64,000 nt of DNA from Ostreococcus lucimarinus (lineage: Eukaryota): assembly GCA_000092065.1 (NCBI GenBank), contig CP000583.1; one strand, written 5' to 3'. The notes below the pieces were generated by a model that saw only the letters and a list, made by a program, of their open reading frames with translations, was not told the DNA's origin and made no database searches. The translations under genes and the position numbers were made by a program. How positions within the stretch are numbered: position 1 is the first letter of the stretch; every line of letters starts with the position of its first letter. Positions 17,025 to 26,100 of this stretch are shown here, piece after piece.

Positions 17025-19064
17025 CTACATCTTTTTATCAGCCTTGCTGGCTTTTAAAAAGTCGTCGTACGCGCGCTGGAGCGCGGCGCGATCGTCGAGG
17101 GTGGCGACGTCGGCGTCGGCGGGATCGGCGGTGGAGACGTCGGCCTCGGCGACGCGCTCGGCGCGCTTGGCGACTTCTTCACTGACGACGTCGATGTCGA
17201 TGGCGGCGGCCCAGCGGTCTTTTTGTTTGAGCTTGTCGGACTCGAGACGAGCGCGGCGCTCGGCGCGACGGCGAGCGCGCTTGCGGCGCGACGCGCGGAC
17301 GCCGACGGACAACACCGAGGCGAGGGCGAGTGAGGTGACGAAACCCGCGGTGGCGTACCCACCGGCGTCGAACGCGCCGGGGAGTCTGGGCATCTGCCAA
17401 GACACGGATTGCGACGCCGACGTCGCGCCGCGCTTGGCGGATTTCGCCGGTTTCTTCGCCGCCGGTTTCGCCTTGACCACCGCCTTGGTCTTCGTCTTCT
17501 CCACAACCTTTTTGCTCGGTTTCGCGACGACGACTGGCTTTTTCGGCGCCGGTTTTGCGACTTCCTTCTTCGGCGCGACGACCGCCTTCTTCACCGGCTT
17601 CGGCGCCGCCTTTGCCTTTGGTCTCGAAGTCGTTTCGCCGCGCCAAAAAAATCTCCGAACGCCGCGCGCGCCGTCGATGACGCCACCGAGCGCGTTGTCG
17701 AGCGAATCCGCCGTGCGATACTTTAAGTCATCAATGAATTCCGCGCGCTGCTGCGCCTTCAATTCCTTCACGCGCGCCACTTCTTGTGCCTTCAACTCCT
17801 TTTCCCGAGCGACTATTTGCGCCTCTCTCGCTCGCTCGAGAGCCTTGGCCTCTTTCGCGGCGTCATCTTTAATCTTTTTCGCCGCCTCCGCGAGCTTCCG
17901 CTGGTTCTCTTGCGCGATTTTCTCGGTTTCCGCCGCGCGAGCTTCCAAGGCTTTGCGTTTCGCCGCCAGCGCGCGTTCACGCGCCTCTTCTAACTCTCGC
18001 GCAGCCTCTTCCCGCTGCCTGGCCTGTTCTCTCGCCCGCTTCTCGGCGATTTCTCGCGCCTGCTCTTGTGCGCGCGCCCGCGCGCGAGCTTGTTCTTGAG
18101 CTCGCTTTTCCTCGCGCACGACTTCCTCTTCCGCTCTCTTGAGCGCGCGCGCCTGCTCCTTGACGCGTTCGCGCTCTCGCGCCGCGACTTCCTCTTCGAC
18201 GCGTCGCTCGCGTTCGAGCGCCGCGCGCAACTGCGCCTCCGCCTCCGCCGCGCGCGCTTGCTCTCTCTTTAATCGCGTCAACTCCGCGATCCGATCGCGT
18301 CGCTCGATGCGTCGAGCTTCGATGACGCTATAAAGCTTATCTGCCGCTTCGTTCCGCACCGGTTGCCACCCGACGGGTCGGCGTTCCGCCACGTATCTGC
18401 GAAACGTCGGCGCGGCGTTCGCGACGGCTGTCTTGGACGACTGCTCACTCGCCGCCTTCTTCGCCGCGATCTCAGCGGCTTGCTTCGCTTCCGCGCGCTC
18501 GCGCTCGGCTTTCTCGCGCTCCGCTTGCAATCGCTCTTTATCCGCCTTCACGCGAATTTCCGCCGCCAGCTTCGCGTCGATGCGCTCGTCGTGCACCTCG
18601 GCGACTTCCACGCGCATCATCGGATTAAACCCCGCACCGCTCGCCGTCGACGCCTCGCCGCTCGCCGTCTTCGCTCGTCGAGGCGCGACCGTCGCGGAGT
18701 CCGCGCTCTCTTCCCCCCCAGCCCTCGTCCCCGCGCTCGCCGTCGCGTCGCGCGTCGCCGTCGACTTATCCCTCCGCGCGCGTCGCCCCCCCTCGCCTCG
18801 TCTCTCTCGTTTCCCATCCTTCACGCGCTTCGCGTACGCGCACCACGCCAAAAACACCCCGAGCGTCACGATTTCCCGCTGCGTCGCGCCGTTCCCGCGT
18901 TTACTCGCGCTCGCCGTCGTCGCCCCGCGTCTCGTCGTCTTCGCCGTCGTCGTCGTCGCCGCGATCTTCCCTCCCTCCACTCGCACCGCGCCTCGTCCGC
19001 GTCTCGCGCGCGTCCCGCCCTCCGCGCGCGCCGTCGCGACGTTCGCGGCCGTCACCGCGCGCAT
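17025..19064 (-). CDS. Hypothetical charged coiled-coil protein (E/R/A-rich heptads, K/P/A/V-rich histone-H1-like segment, one TM segment)
   Basis: There is roughly 350 aa of ERAEAKQAAEIAAKKA...REQARQREEAARELEEARERALAAKRKALE coiled coil, then KAKAAPKPVKKAVVAPKKEVAKPAPKKPVVVAKPSKK, then the TM segment YATAGFVTSLALASVLSVGV. ATG at 19064. The true start is uncertain because the N-terminal 150 aa are low complexity. Confidence 0.4.
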   Translation of the reverse strand: MRAVTAANVATARAEGGTRARRGRGAVRVEGGKIAATTTTAKTTRRGATTASASKRGNGATQREIVTLGVFLAWCAYAKRVKDGKRERRGEGGRRARRDKSTATRDATASAGTRAGGEESADSATVAPRRAKTASGEASTASGAGFNPMMRVEVAEVHDERIDAKLAAEIRVKADKERLQAEREKAERERAEAKQAAEIAAKKAASEQSSKTAVANAAPTFRRYVAERRPVGWQPVRNEAADKLYSVIEARRIERRDRIAELTRLKREQARAAEAEAQLRAALERERRVEEEVAARERERVKEQARALKRAEEEVVREEKRAQEQARARARAQEQAREIAEKRAREQARQREEAARELEEARERALAAKRKALEARAAETEKIAQENQRKLAEAAKKIKDDAAKEAKALERAREAQIVAREKELKAQEVARVKELKAQQRAEFIDDLKYRTADSLDNALGGVIDGARGVRRFFWRGETTSRPKAKAAPKPVKKAVVAPKKEVAKPAPKKPVVVAKPSKKVVEKTKTKAVVKAKPAAKKPAKSAKRGATSASQSVSWQMPRLPGAFDAGGYATAGFVTSLALASVLSVGVRASRRKRARRRAERRARLESDKLKQKDRWAAAIDIDVVSEEVAKRAERVAEADVSTADPADADVATLDDRAALQRAYDDFLKASKADKKM

Positions 19065-19374
19065 CGCGGCCCCTCCGCCGCCCCCCGCGCCCGTCGACCG
19101 CGATCTACGCCGAAATCAGGCGTCGCCGATGAATCGATTCGAGATCGTCGCGCGTCGCGATTGCGTCGCGCTTTCGCGTCCCGCGACGCCCGCGTCGTCG
19201 TCGCGATTGCGTCGCGAATGCTTCTCGCGCGCGCGCGCGCTCGCGCGTCGTCGGACGCCGTCGACGCGTCGCGCGCGTCGCGAATGCGTCGCGGATTGAC
19301 GCCGAGCGAATTAACGTTCGCGCGCGCGACGCGTCGCGATTGAATCGCCACCGCGCCGCGCGCGACGCGCCTCG

Positions 19375-20229
19375 ATGCGCGCCGACGCGCATCAAGGCGC
19401 GCGAAAATTCGCACCGTCGACGCGTCGCGCGTCTCGGCGCGGACGCGCGTCGACGCGTCCGCGAGCGTCGCGCGATGCGCCGCCGTTCGTCGACGCGCGC
19501 GCGGTGAGCTACGCGCCCGCGGGCGCCGGCGCGCCGGTGCTGCGCGACGTCGCGCTCGCGCTCCCGCGACGAGGGCTGACGCTGATCGTCGGACGGTCGG
19601 GCACGGGGAAGAGCACGCTGCTGACGCTGATCGCGGGGCTGAGCGAACCGACGACGGGGCGGGTGACGCTGGGCGGCGACGGCGCGGAGGACGCGCGGGC
19701 GACGACGGCGGCGGACCGACTGGCGAAGGTGGGGATCGTGTTTCAGTTTCCGGAGCGACACTTCTTGGGGAAGACGGTGCTGCAGGAGCTGACGTTCGGG
19801 TGGCCGACGTCGGCGAACGCGTTCGCGAGACGAAGGGCGCTGGCGTACAGGATGCACGACGCGCTGCACGCGGTGGGGATGGAGGGCGTGCCGCTGGACA
19901 CGGAGGTGCGGACGCTGAGCGGGGGGTATAAGCGACGGTTGGCGCTCGCGATACAACTCGTGCGCGATCCCGCGGTGCTGTGCCTGGATGAACCGCTGGC
20001 GGGGTTGGATTGGAGCACGCGCGCGGAGGTGACGGCGCTGCTCGACGACTTGAAGCGCGACAGAGCGGTGGTGGTGGTGTCGCACGACGTGGAGGAGATT
20101 CAACCGATCACCGATCGTGCGTTTAGAATGGAGCAGATGGGTAAGCTCACGGACGTCAGCGCCGAGCTCGCGGGGGCGAGAGCGAACGCGTTCGGGCGCG
20201 CCGAGGAATCGTTTCCGGCGTTTGATTGA
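19375..20229 (+). CDS. ABC-transporter ATP-binding protein (soluble NBD, ECF/CbiO-like, plant ABCI-type)
   Basis: Walker A is GRSGTGKSTL, the ABC signature is LSGGYKRRLALA, Walker B is LCLDEPLAGLD and the H-loop is VVSHD. ATG at 19375, with a presequence-like N-terminus. Confidence 0.75.
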   Translation: MRADAHQGARKFAPSTRRASRRGRASTRPRASRDAPPFVDARAVSYAPAGAGAPVLRDVALALPRRGLTLIVGRSGTGKSTLLTLIAGLSEPTTGRVTLGGDGAEDARATTAADRLAKVGIVFQFPERHFLGKTVLQELTFGWPTSANAFARRRALAYRMHDALHAVGMEGVPLDTEVRTLSGGYKRRLALAIQLVRDPAVLCLDEPLAGLDWSTRAEVTALLDDLKRDRAVVVVSHDVEEIQPITDRAFRMEQMGKLTDVSAELAGARANAFGRAEESFPAFD

Positions 20230-20290
20230 ATCGTAGCGACGAATAGACGAGATTGTAGAAATTGTGATGCGGTACCGCGCGAAACTGTTA

Positions 20291-20330
20291 GAACGAACGA
20301 ACGAACGAACGAACGAACGAACGAACGAAC
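20291..20330. repeat. (GAAC)n microsatellite, about 9 units, followed by (CGTCG)n
   Basis: gaacgaacgaacgaacgaacgaacgaacgaacgaacgctcgcgtcccgtcgcgtcgcgtcgcgtcg in the intergenic region. Confidence 0.85.
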
Positions 20331-20482
20331 GCTCGCGTCCCGTCGCGTCGCGTCGCGTCGCGTCGTCGCGCGTCGTTTCGGTCGTTGTCGGGGTTTTGTC
20401 TTTTACAACGCGCCGTCGCGGCGTCCGCCCCGCGCGCGCTCTTCTCCGTTCGGCGCGACGACGTCGGCGTCGTCCGTCTCGC

Positions 20483-21250
20483 CTAGATTTGAATAATACC
20501 CTCCGGTGTCGCGACCGCGACGAGCGTCCACGACCCCGCGTCCGCCATCGCGCTCGCCCACGTATCACCCTCGCCTCGCGCGCGCTCGAGCAGCGCCGCC
20601 GTGGCCACTTGCAAGCGCACGTCTCTTCCGCAATACTCGCTCGCCGCCTCCTCCATCCCTTTGTTATGCCCGACCGCCATGATCGTCCTCGCGTCCGTGA
20701 CGATCTCACACTCCACCACGTCCCCCTCCTCGCCATCCGCGCCGTCTCCCGCCGTCGTCTGCTTCACCACGCACTCGCTCAGGTGTTGTCGCATCACGCC
20801 GTCCAGCGACGCGTAGTGATACAGCGACCCGAGATACATCACTCGTCCCTTCGTCCCGAACGCCTCGTTCACCTCGTCCCGCATTATCTCCAGCGTCTCT
20901 TTCGATCGTCGCGAGTTCGAGCACAGCGTGAGATCGGGCGTCCATCCCGCGTCGTCGACGCGCGTCGCCACGCTCTTCGCCAGCGCGCGACCCTCTCGCG
21001 TGAGCGGTCGATCCGCGTCCTTCGTCTCGCCGTCCGCCCCCGAGGACGCGCTGTGTCGAAGCATGATGAGTCTGTACGTCGGCGCGTCGCTCGCGCGCGC
21101 GCTTTCGAGCGCGCGCGGCGCGACGCGCGTCGATCGTTCCGCGACGCGTCGCGGTCGGTCGGTCGCGCGTCGCGCCGTCGCGCCGCGCCGCGTCGTCGCG
21201 CGCGTCGCGGACGCGACGCGTGGCGTCGCGCGCGTCGTCGCGCGCGTCAT
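20483..21250 (-). CDS. Histidine-phosphatase superfamily protein, SixA-like phosphohistidine phosphatase (branch 1, PGAM fold) with an R/T/A-rich presequence
   Basis: ...YRLIMLRHSASSGADGETKDADRPLTREG... matches the RHG motif and ...IMAVGHNKGMEE... matches the second catalytic His; together they fit SixA (MQVFIMRHGDAA...LVVGHNPGL). The upper 640 nt of ORF 20483..21895 are antisense to NAD kinase and were rejected. Start is at ATG 21250 (MTRATTRAT...); 21064 (MLRHSAS) is the minimal alternative. Confidence 0.5.
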   Translation of the reverse strand: MTRATTRATPRVASATRATTRRGATARRATDRPRRVAERSTRVAPRALESARASDAPTYRLIMLRHSASSGADGETKDADRPLTREGRALAKSVATRVDDAGWTPDLTLCSNSRRSKETLEIMRDEVNEAFGTKGRVMYLGSLYHYASLDGVMRQHLSECVVKQTTAGDGADGEEGDVVECEIVTDARTIMAVGHNKGMEEAASEYCGRDVRLQVATAALLERARGEGDTWASAMADAGSWTLVAVATPEGIIQI

Positions 21251-21362
21251 GCGCGCGTCGTGCGCGCCGTGCGTCGAGCGCGCGCGCGTGTGCGGCGTCG
21301 AGCCGTCGCGGTCGTTGCGCGCCATCGGACGCGCGACGCCACACGTCGGCGCGTCGCGCGCG

Positions 21363-22442
21363 ATGGCCCGCGTCGCGCGCGCGGCGACGACGGCGTCGTC
21401 GTCGCTGTACAGGAACGCGCTGCTCGTCGTCAAGACGACGCCGATGACGGAGTACACGTCGCTCATCGGGTCGGGAGAATTGTACGACACGCCGCGGTAC
21501 GAACGCGTGAAAACGCGACACGAAACGCACAAGAGCGGCGTCAAGGCGGTGAAACGCATGCTGGAACAGCGCGGCGTGGCGTTCGAGTGCGTGGAGAGGC
21601 ACGCGCTGACGGAGGAGTCGGTGAGAGGGCACGATTTGATCGTCGCGCTGGGCGGAGACGGGACGACGCTGATATCGGCGCACCACGTGAGGGACGCGAA
21701 AGTGCCGATACTGGGGATAAACACCGATCCGGCGACGAAGGATGAATTGACGAAGATGTATCTGACGAACGCGTGCGTGGACGAGCGACGGTCGACGGGA
21801 CATCTGTGCGCGGCGAATAGGTTCGACGCGGAGACGGTGCTGGACGGCGCGCTGCGGGGAACGCTGAAACCGACGAGATTGGCGAGGATACGCACGGTGC
21901 TGAACGGTAAGGTCTTAGAACCGGCGTTGAACGATGTGCTGATCGCCCATCCGAGCCCGGCGGCGGTGAGTCGGTACAGCGTGCGATTACCGCCGACGGC
22001 GCGCGGGGGCGACGGCTACGACGAGTCCGCGAAGAGATTTTTTCACGTGCGCAGCTCGGGCGTGCGCACGTGCACGGCGAGCGGGTCCACCGCGGCGATG
22101 TACAGCGCCGGTGGGGAGATCATGCCGCACGACTCGATGTCCATGCAATACATGGATCGCGAGCCGATTTATTACGACCACGCGCCGCCGCCGAGCGTCG
22201 GGCACGGATATTACGAGCGAGGCGACGCGCTGTCGTTCCGATGGAACTCGCGCGTGGGGACGATTTACATCGACGGCGCGCACGTCAAACACGACGTCGT
22301 TCTGGGAGATGATGTCGAGATGTCCACGGACGCGCCCGAGTTGTCGCTCTTCGTCTCGAAATGGTTCGTCGAGGCCCGACGCGTGCGCACGGGCCTCGAC
22401 CGCGTCTTCAAAACGCGCGAGAACTGGGGTCGACGCAAGTAG
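21363..22442 (+). CDS. NADK: NAD(+) kinase
   Basis: ...ALLVVKTTP...HDLIVALGGDGTTLISAH... is the GGDG motif, and ...ASGSTAAMYSAGGEIM... is the NAD-kinase TGSTAYS-like motif. The ORF-track start 20928 lies in an R/A-rich low-complexity region antisense to the SixA-like gene. Chosen ATG is 21363 (MARVARAATT...); 21249 is an alternative. Confidence 0.7.
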   Translation: MARVARAATTASSSLYRNALLVVKTTPMTEYTSLIGSGELYDTPRYERVKTRHETHKSGVKAVKRMLEQRGVAFECVERHALTEESVRGHDLIVALGGDGTTLISAHHVRDAKVPILGINTDPATKDELTKMYLTNACVDERRSTGHLCAANRFDAETVLDGALRGTLKPTRLARIRTVLNGKVLEPALNDVLIAHPSPAAVSRYSVRLPPTARGGDGYDESAKRFFHVRSSGVRTCTASGSTAAMYSAGGEIMPHDSMSMQYMDREPIYYDHAPPPSVGHGYYERGDALSFRWNSRVGTIYIDGAHVKHDVVLGDDVEMSTDAPELSLFVSKWFVEARRVRTGLDRVFKTRENWGRRK

Positions 22443-22534
22443 ATGATCGTCATGATAGAATAGAGTGCTAGAATTTGTTGTATTCCATCGTTGTTGCCGA
22501 TACGTGTGCGCGTCCTTCGCGCCGCGCCTAACTT

Positions 22535-23236
22535 CTAACCGTCGACGCGCTCTAGCGCGTGGCCAACAACCTCGCGCGCCGTGCTCTCGAGCGTCGACGT
22601 CTCCGACGATACCGTCATCGTCGACGCTAATAAATCCCCGTTCGCGTCGACGAATCCGCACGACGCCATCTGCTCCTCCAACTCGTCGTATTCTAAATCG
22701 CACGTCCCGAACGCCGTCGTCGAGCACCGCTCCGCTCGCGCTCGCGATCCGTTCCCGTACGTCTTCACGAACGCCCGCACGTTCACGCAATCTTCCAGCG
22801 TGAACGCACCCACGGTCGCGCACGTCGCGATGTCGCAACTCAGGCAATCTCGCGCCGTGGTCGAATCCGTCGTCGGCCCGAAGACGAACACGCAGCGCTT
22901 GCAGTCGAGCACGTTCACCTCTTTCACGGCGCAGCAGATCACGAAGACGCAATCCTCGCAGCCCTGGGCGAAGAACTTCGTCACGTACGCCGACCGTTCC
23001 ATCGCGATCGTCTCCGATTTCCTGCACTTGTACGACACGTCGCGCGACGCGCCGAGCGGTTTCGCGCGGAATGACGGTTTGCGTCGCTCGATCGGCGAGT
23101 ACGACAGGATGGACGTCGGTGACGGCGGACGCTCGGTCTTGGGCGACGCGGAGGATAGAATTTTACGCGCGATCGCCTTGGGCGACGGCGTCGCGGCCCA
23201 GAGCGCGGCGGTGGGTTTGGTGAAGTAGCATCCCAT
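22535..23236 (-). CDS. Hypothetical cysteine-rich protein with an N-terminal MGC acylation motif
   Basis: MGCYFTKPTAAL... has Gly2 and Thr6, fitting the N-myristoylation consensus, and Cys3 is palmitoylatable. The paired Cys motifs GCEDC...DCKRC...CLSC...C suggest a zinc ribbon. No family recognised. Confidence 0.4.
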   Translation of the reverse strand: MGCYFTKPTAALWAATPSPKAIARKILSSASPKTERPPSPTSILSYSPIERRKPSFRAKPLGASRDVSYKCRKSETIAMERSAYVTKFFAQGCEDCVFVICCAVKEVNVLDCKRCVFVFGPTTDSTTARDCLSCDIATCATVGAFTLEDCVNVRAFVKTYGNGSRARAERCSTTAFGTCDLEYDELEEQMASCGFVDANGDLLASTMTVSSETSTLESTAREVVGHALERVDG

Positions 23237-23401
23237 CGCGACGTTCGGCGCAAAGTGCGGTGTTCCTTCCCCTCTGCGCGAGAGCGAGACGACGTCGAGT
23301 CGCGGTGAAGTTCTGAATCGGATGGATTAAAATATGTCTCTACGCGGGACGCACGCCGTCCCAGTGAATAAAAAAATCTTTTTTACGTATGGTACTGCGC
23401 T

Positions 23402-24466
23402 CTACGCGGCGACGAGGTCGCGCTCGCCTTCGTCGGCGGGCGCGTCGGCTTGCAGCGCGCCTTCGATGGCGGCGGCGGCGGCCTTGGCGGCCAAGTTGCG
23501 CGCGTATTCGCCAGCCGGGTAGAACTCGCGGTGTTCCTTACCGAACGGCACGCGAGTCTTCTTCATCCAAACCTCCGGCTCGACGTAGGTGCCCAACACG
23601 TGGTCGACGAGCGGGCAGCACACGTTGTAGTTGCACTGGCCGGACAACACGTGGTGACCGCTGTGGTTCAGGTACAAGTAATCGTAATACTTGGATTCGC
23701 GGTATCGCGCGAGCCACAACGACGGGATCCCATCTTGAAGCGGAACCTCGTTCAAGCCGTGCATGGCCGGATGCAACGAGTTCCAAATCAACGCGTGCGC
23801 GAGCGTGGACCCGCCGATGAGCGCCGCCATCGGCCCCGCGGAGAACCCCATGAGCGCCAGCACCGGCACGCACGTGATCACCATTTGCATCGTCATCAAA
23901 CCCGTGACATCCCACTCGAACGCCGTTCCGCGGTAGGTGTTCCCTTCCAAAACCGCCGCCGGTTCGCTCTTCATCCACTTGTCGTCCACGCGAAGCGACA
24001 TGTCGTCCAGCGTCTCCGCGTGGTGTTCGATGTGTCCGCCGCCGCCAACCTTCGGCGCTTCCTTCTGTCTCGTGAAGAAGCACCACACCCTTTTCAAGGT
24101 TTCGTTCTTGTTGAACTCGGCGTGTTGGTAGTAACGATGGGTGATGTATTCGTTGATGGACACCATCGCGTACATGGTCGGGACGCTCAGCGTCCACCGC
24201 GCGACGTCCACCGCGAGGCTCGCGCGCGGCGTCACCGCGCGCGCGTCTCGCGTCGACGCGCGCATCGCGCGTCTCTTTTGAATCGCTGTTTTCGCGTGTT
24301 CGCGCGCGCGCTTTCGTCAGTCTCGCGCGCGTTCGGGCTCGTTTCGAGTCGTCGCGTCGACGTCGACGGCGGCGGCGTTTCGAGTCGGCGCGTCGCGTCG
24401 CGTCGCGCACGCACGTTTCGCGCTCGAGATCGCGCGCATGGCGGACAGCGCGTTGGTTTGCATCAT
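23402..24466 (-). CDS. Fatty-acid hydroxylase superfamily protein (sterol desaturase / C4-hydroxylase / carotene hydroxylase type, tri-His-box di-iron enzyme), two exons (24466..24415 and 24285..23402)
   Basis: The His boxes are HRYYQH, HIEHH and NHSGHH in a polytopic membrane protein. The main ORF starts at ATG 24265, but 20 nt upstream there is an acceptor preceded by GACTGACGA. An upstream exon (MMQTNALSAMRAISSAK) ends at a phase-1 GTGCGT donor, and joining them gives ...ISSAKPIQKRRAMRASTRDARAV..., a transit-peptide-like N-terminus in a consistent frame. Confidence 0.6.
24286..24414 (-). other. Spliceosomal intron (129 nt, minus strand), GTGCGTGCGCGACG...GACTGACGAAAGCGCGCGCGCGAACACGCGAAAACAG
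   Basis: The donor is in phase 1 (c|GTGCGT) and the acceptor in phase 1 (CAG|cg), producing a Pro codon. GACTGAC lies 30 nt upstream of the AG. Confidence 0.5.
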
Positions 24467-24542
24467 CTCGCGCGTCGAGGGATGGTCGCGTGCGGTGGAG
24501 TGACGCGCGCGCGCGACGCGAGCGTTTGGTGGATTACTTATC

Positions 24543-25391
24543 CTACTCGCGCATCTCGGCGCTTTTCGCGCAACCACAGTCGTCCGAGTCGCCGAAGTCG
24601 CGCCTCGACGTCGCGTCGCGCTCGGTGACGGTGATTCGCGACAGCAGCGCGTCTAAGGGAGATAAAGTCGGGGAATACGCGCGCGAGGGAACGCGCGTCG
24701 GCGACGACGGCGACGACGGCGACGGCGGCGACGGCGGCGACGCGCGTTCTAAATCGTCATCCGCTACGTCGTCCGCCGCTCGTTCGCGCGCGTCCGCCTC
24801 GCGCGCGCGCCTCGCGTCGGCGGCGCGCAGACGCTCGATTTCCTCGATCAACGATTCGACTTTTTGTTCGAACGCCGCGAGCGACGCGACGTGATACTCG
24901 AACGACACGACTTCGGGCGAACCGTCGCCGCGCGTCGCCGCCGGCGCCGACCGCCGCGCCGCGCCGCGCGTCGCGCGCGTCGTCCCCAACAGCCGTCGCA
25001 GCTTGTGTAACTCCACGTCCTGCGTCTTCGCCCTGCCGAGCAACCGCTCGCACTTGCGCGCGAGGTCCGCGCGAGACCGTCTCGCCTCGTCGCGCTCGCG
25101 CGTCAGCCTCGCGCACCGTCCTCGCAGCGCGTCCATCGCCTTCGCGTCCGACGCGCGCGACGACGACGCGTTCTCATCGTTCGCCGCGAGCGCGTCGCGC
25201 GCGTCCCGCGGTCTCGTCTTCGCCGTCGTCTTCGCCGTCGTCTTCGACGCCGACGTCGTCGAATTCAAAGCCATCGCGCGTCTCGCCTCGAGCTGTCCCA
25301 GGAGCTGTCGCGCCACCGCGCGCGCGTGTCGCTCCTCGGCGTCCATCGCCTCGGCGCGCGCGAGCGCCGCGCCCGTCGGCGACGCCGCCAT
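24543..25391 (-). CDS. Hypothetical coiled-coil protein
   Basis: 282-aa ORF with an ATG start; heptad-like ...DEARRSRADLARKCERLLGRAKTQDVELHKLRRLLG...; no family recognised. GC3-rich frame. Confidence 0.35.
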   Translation of the reverse strand: MAASPTGAALARAEAMDAEERHARAVARQLLGQLEARRAMALNSTTSASKTTAKTTAKTRPRDARDALAANDENASSSRASDAKAMDALRGRCARLTRERDEARRSRADLARKCERLLGRAKTQDVELHKLRRLLGTTRATRGAARRSAPAATRGDGSPEVVSFEYHVASLAAFEQKVESLIEEIERLRAADARRAREADARERAADDVADDDLERASPPSPPSPSSPSSPTRVPSRAYSPTLSPLDALLSRITVTERDATSRRDFGDSDDCGCAKSAEMRE

Positions 25392-25617
25392 GTCGACGCG
25401 TGCGGCGTTCGCGCGCGGCGACGGACGACGGACGACGGACGACGGGTCGCGCGCGCGTCGATCGCGCGATCGAAAAAACCGTAACCTTGCGCGCGTGCCG
25501 TAGAATCGATGGCCTCCTCGAAATTTAGCGGTTTTAACGCCATATAATCGTGCGGTTGTGACCGAGTGTTTCTCCGTCTCCGCGGCGAAGGAAGCGAATG
25601 GACGCAGACAACCCAGA

Positions 25618-25716
25618 GCGTTCGTGACCGAGTGGTTTTAAGGTGCTCGCCTGCTATTGATGAGAGCAGTGAGTGAGTGTGCTCTGCACGCCCAGGTTCG
25701 AATCCTGGCGAACGCG
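25618..25716 (+). tRNA. tRNA-Ser(GCT), intron-containing, copy 1
   Basis: Acceptor GCGTTCG pairs with CGAACGC, the D-arm is ACC/GGT, the anticodon stem is CTCGC/GTGAG, the loop is CTGCTA and the long variable arm is GTGC-TCT-GCAC. The T-arm is CCAGG TTCGAATC CCTGG and the discriminator is G. Overall it aligns to eukaryotic tRNA-Ser-GCT. It has a roughly 15-nt intron after position 37 and is followed by T6. Confidence 0.8.
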
Positions 25717-25722
25717 TTTTTT
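25717..25722 (+). terminator. RNA polymerase III terminator (T6)
   Basis: tttttt directly after the discriminator base of tRNA copy 1. Confidence 0.7.
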
Positions 25723-25766
25723 ATTTTACAGTTTTACGGCGCCATCGCGACGCCATCGTGCCGCTA

Positions 25767-25866
25767 TCGTTCGTGACCGAGTGGTTTTAAGGTGCTCGCC
25801 TGCTATTGATCGAGAGCAGTGAGTGAGTGTGCTCTGCACGCCCAGGTTCGAATCCTGGCGAACGCG
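25767..25866 (+). tRNA. tRNA-Ser(GCT), intron-containing, copy 2
   Basis: Identical to copy 1 except for T at position 1, giving a T1-C72 mismatch, and one extra C in the intron (ttgatCgagag). T6 at 25867-25872. Confidence 0.65.
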
Positions 25867-25916
25867 TTTTTTATTTTACAGTTTTACGGCGCCATCGCGA
25901 CGCCATCGTGCCGCTA

Positions 25917-26016
25917 TCGTTCGTGACCGAGTGGTTTTAAGGTGCTCGCCTGCTATTGATCGAGAGCAGTGAGTGAGTGTGCTCTGCACGCCCAGGTTCG
26001 AATCCTGGCGAACGCG
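25917..26016 (+). tRNA. tRNA-Ser(GCT), intron-containing, copy 3
   Basis: Identical to copy 2. T6 at 26017-26022. Confidence 0.65.
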
Positions 26017-26100
26017 TTTTTTATTTTACAGTTTTACGGCGCCATCGCGACGCCATCGTGCCGCTATCGCGATGGTACAGACGCCGCCTCGGCCTTCTTC

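Larger units (their letters stand above)
25618..26067 (+). repeat. Tandem triplication of a 149/150-bp unit (tRNA-Ser plus a roughly 50-bp spacer)
   Basis: Three head-to-tail copies of cgttcgtgaccgagtgg...cgaacgcgttttttattttacagttttacggcgccatcgcgacgccatcgtgccgctat. Confidence 0.9.

Noticed and set aside
17044-19343. Long + strand ORFs (17044..18099, 18363..19343, 18433..19299) opposite the charged coiled-coil gene
   Set aside because: Antisense of an E/R/A/K-rich coding region, giving S/A/R repeats with no domain.
20264-21803. ORFs 20264..21745 (+), 20706..21803 (-), and the upper 640 nt of 20483..21895 (-)
   Set aside because: R/A/G-rich out-of-frame or antisense readings across the SixA-like/NAD-kinase head-to-head region; only the domain-bearing parts were kept.
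23450-24628. 392-aa + ORF antisense to the fatty-acid hydroxylase gene, and the 290-aa minus ORF 23538..24410
   Set aside because: Alternative frames of a coding region; R/H/V-rich with no domain. The hydroxylase frame carries the His boxes.
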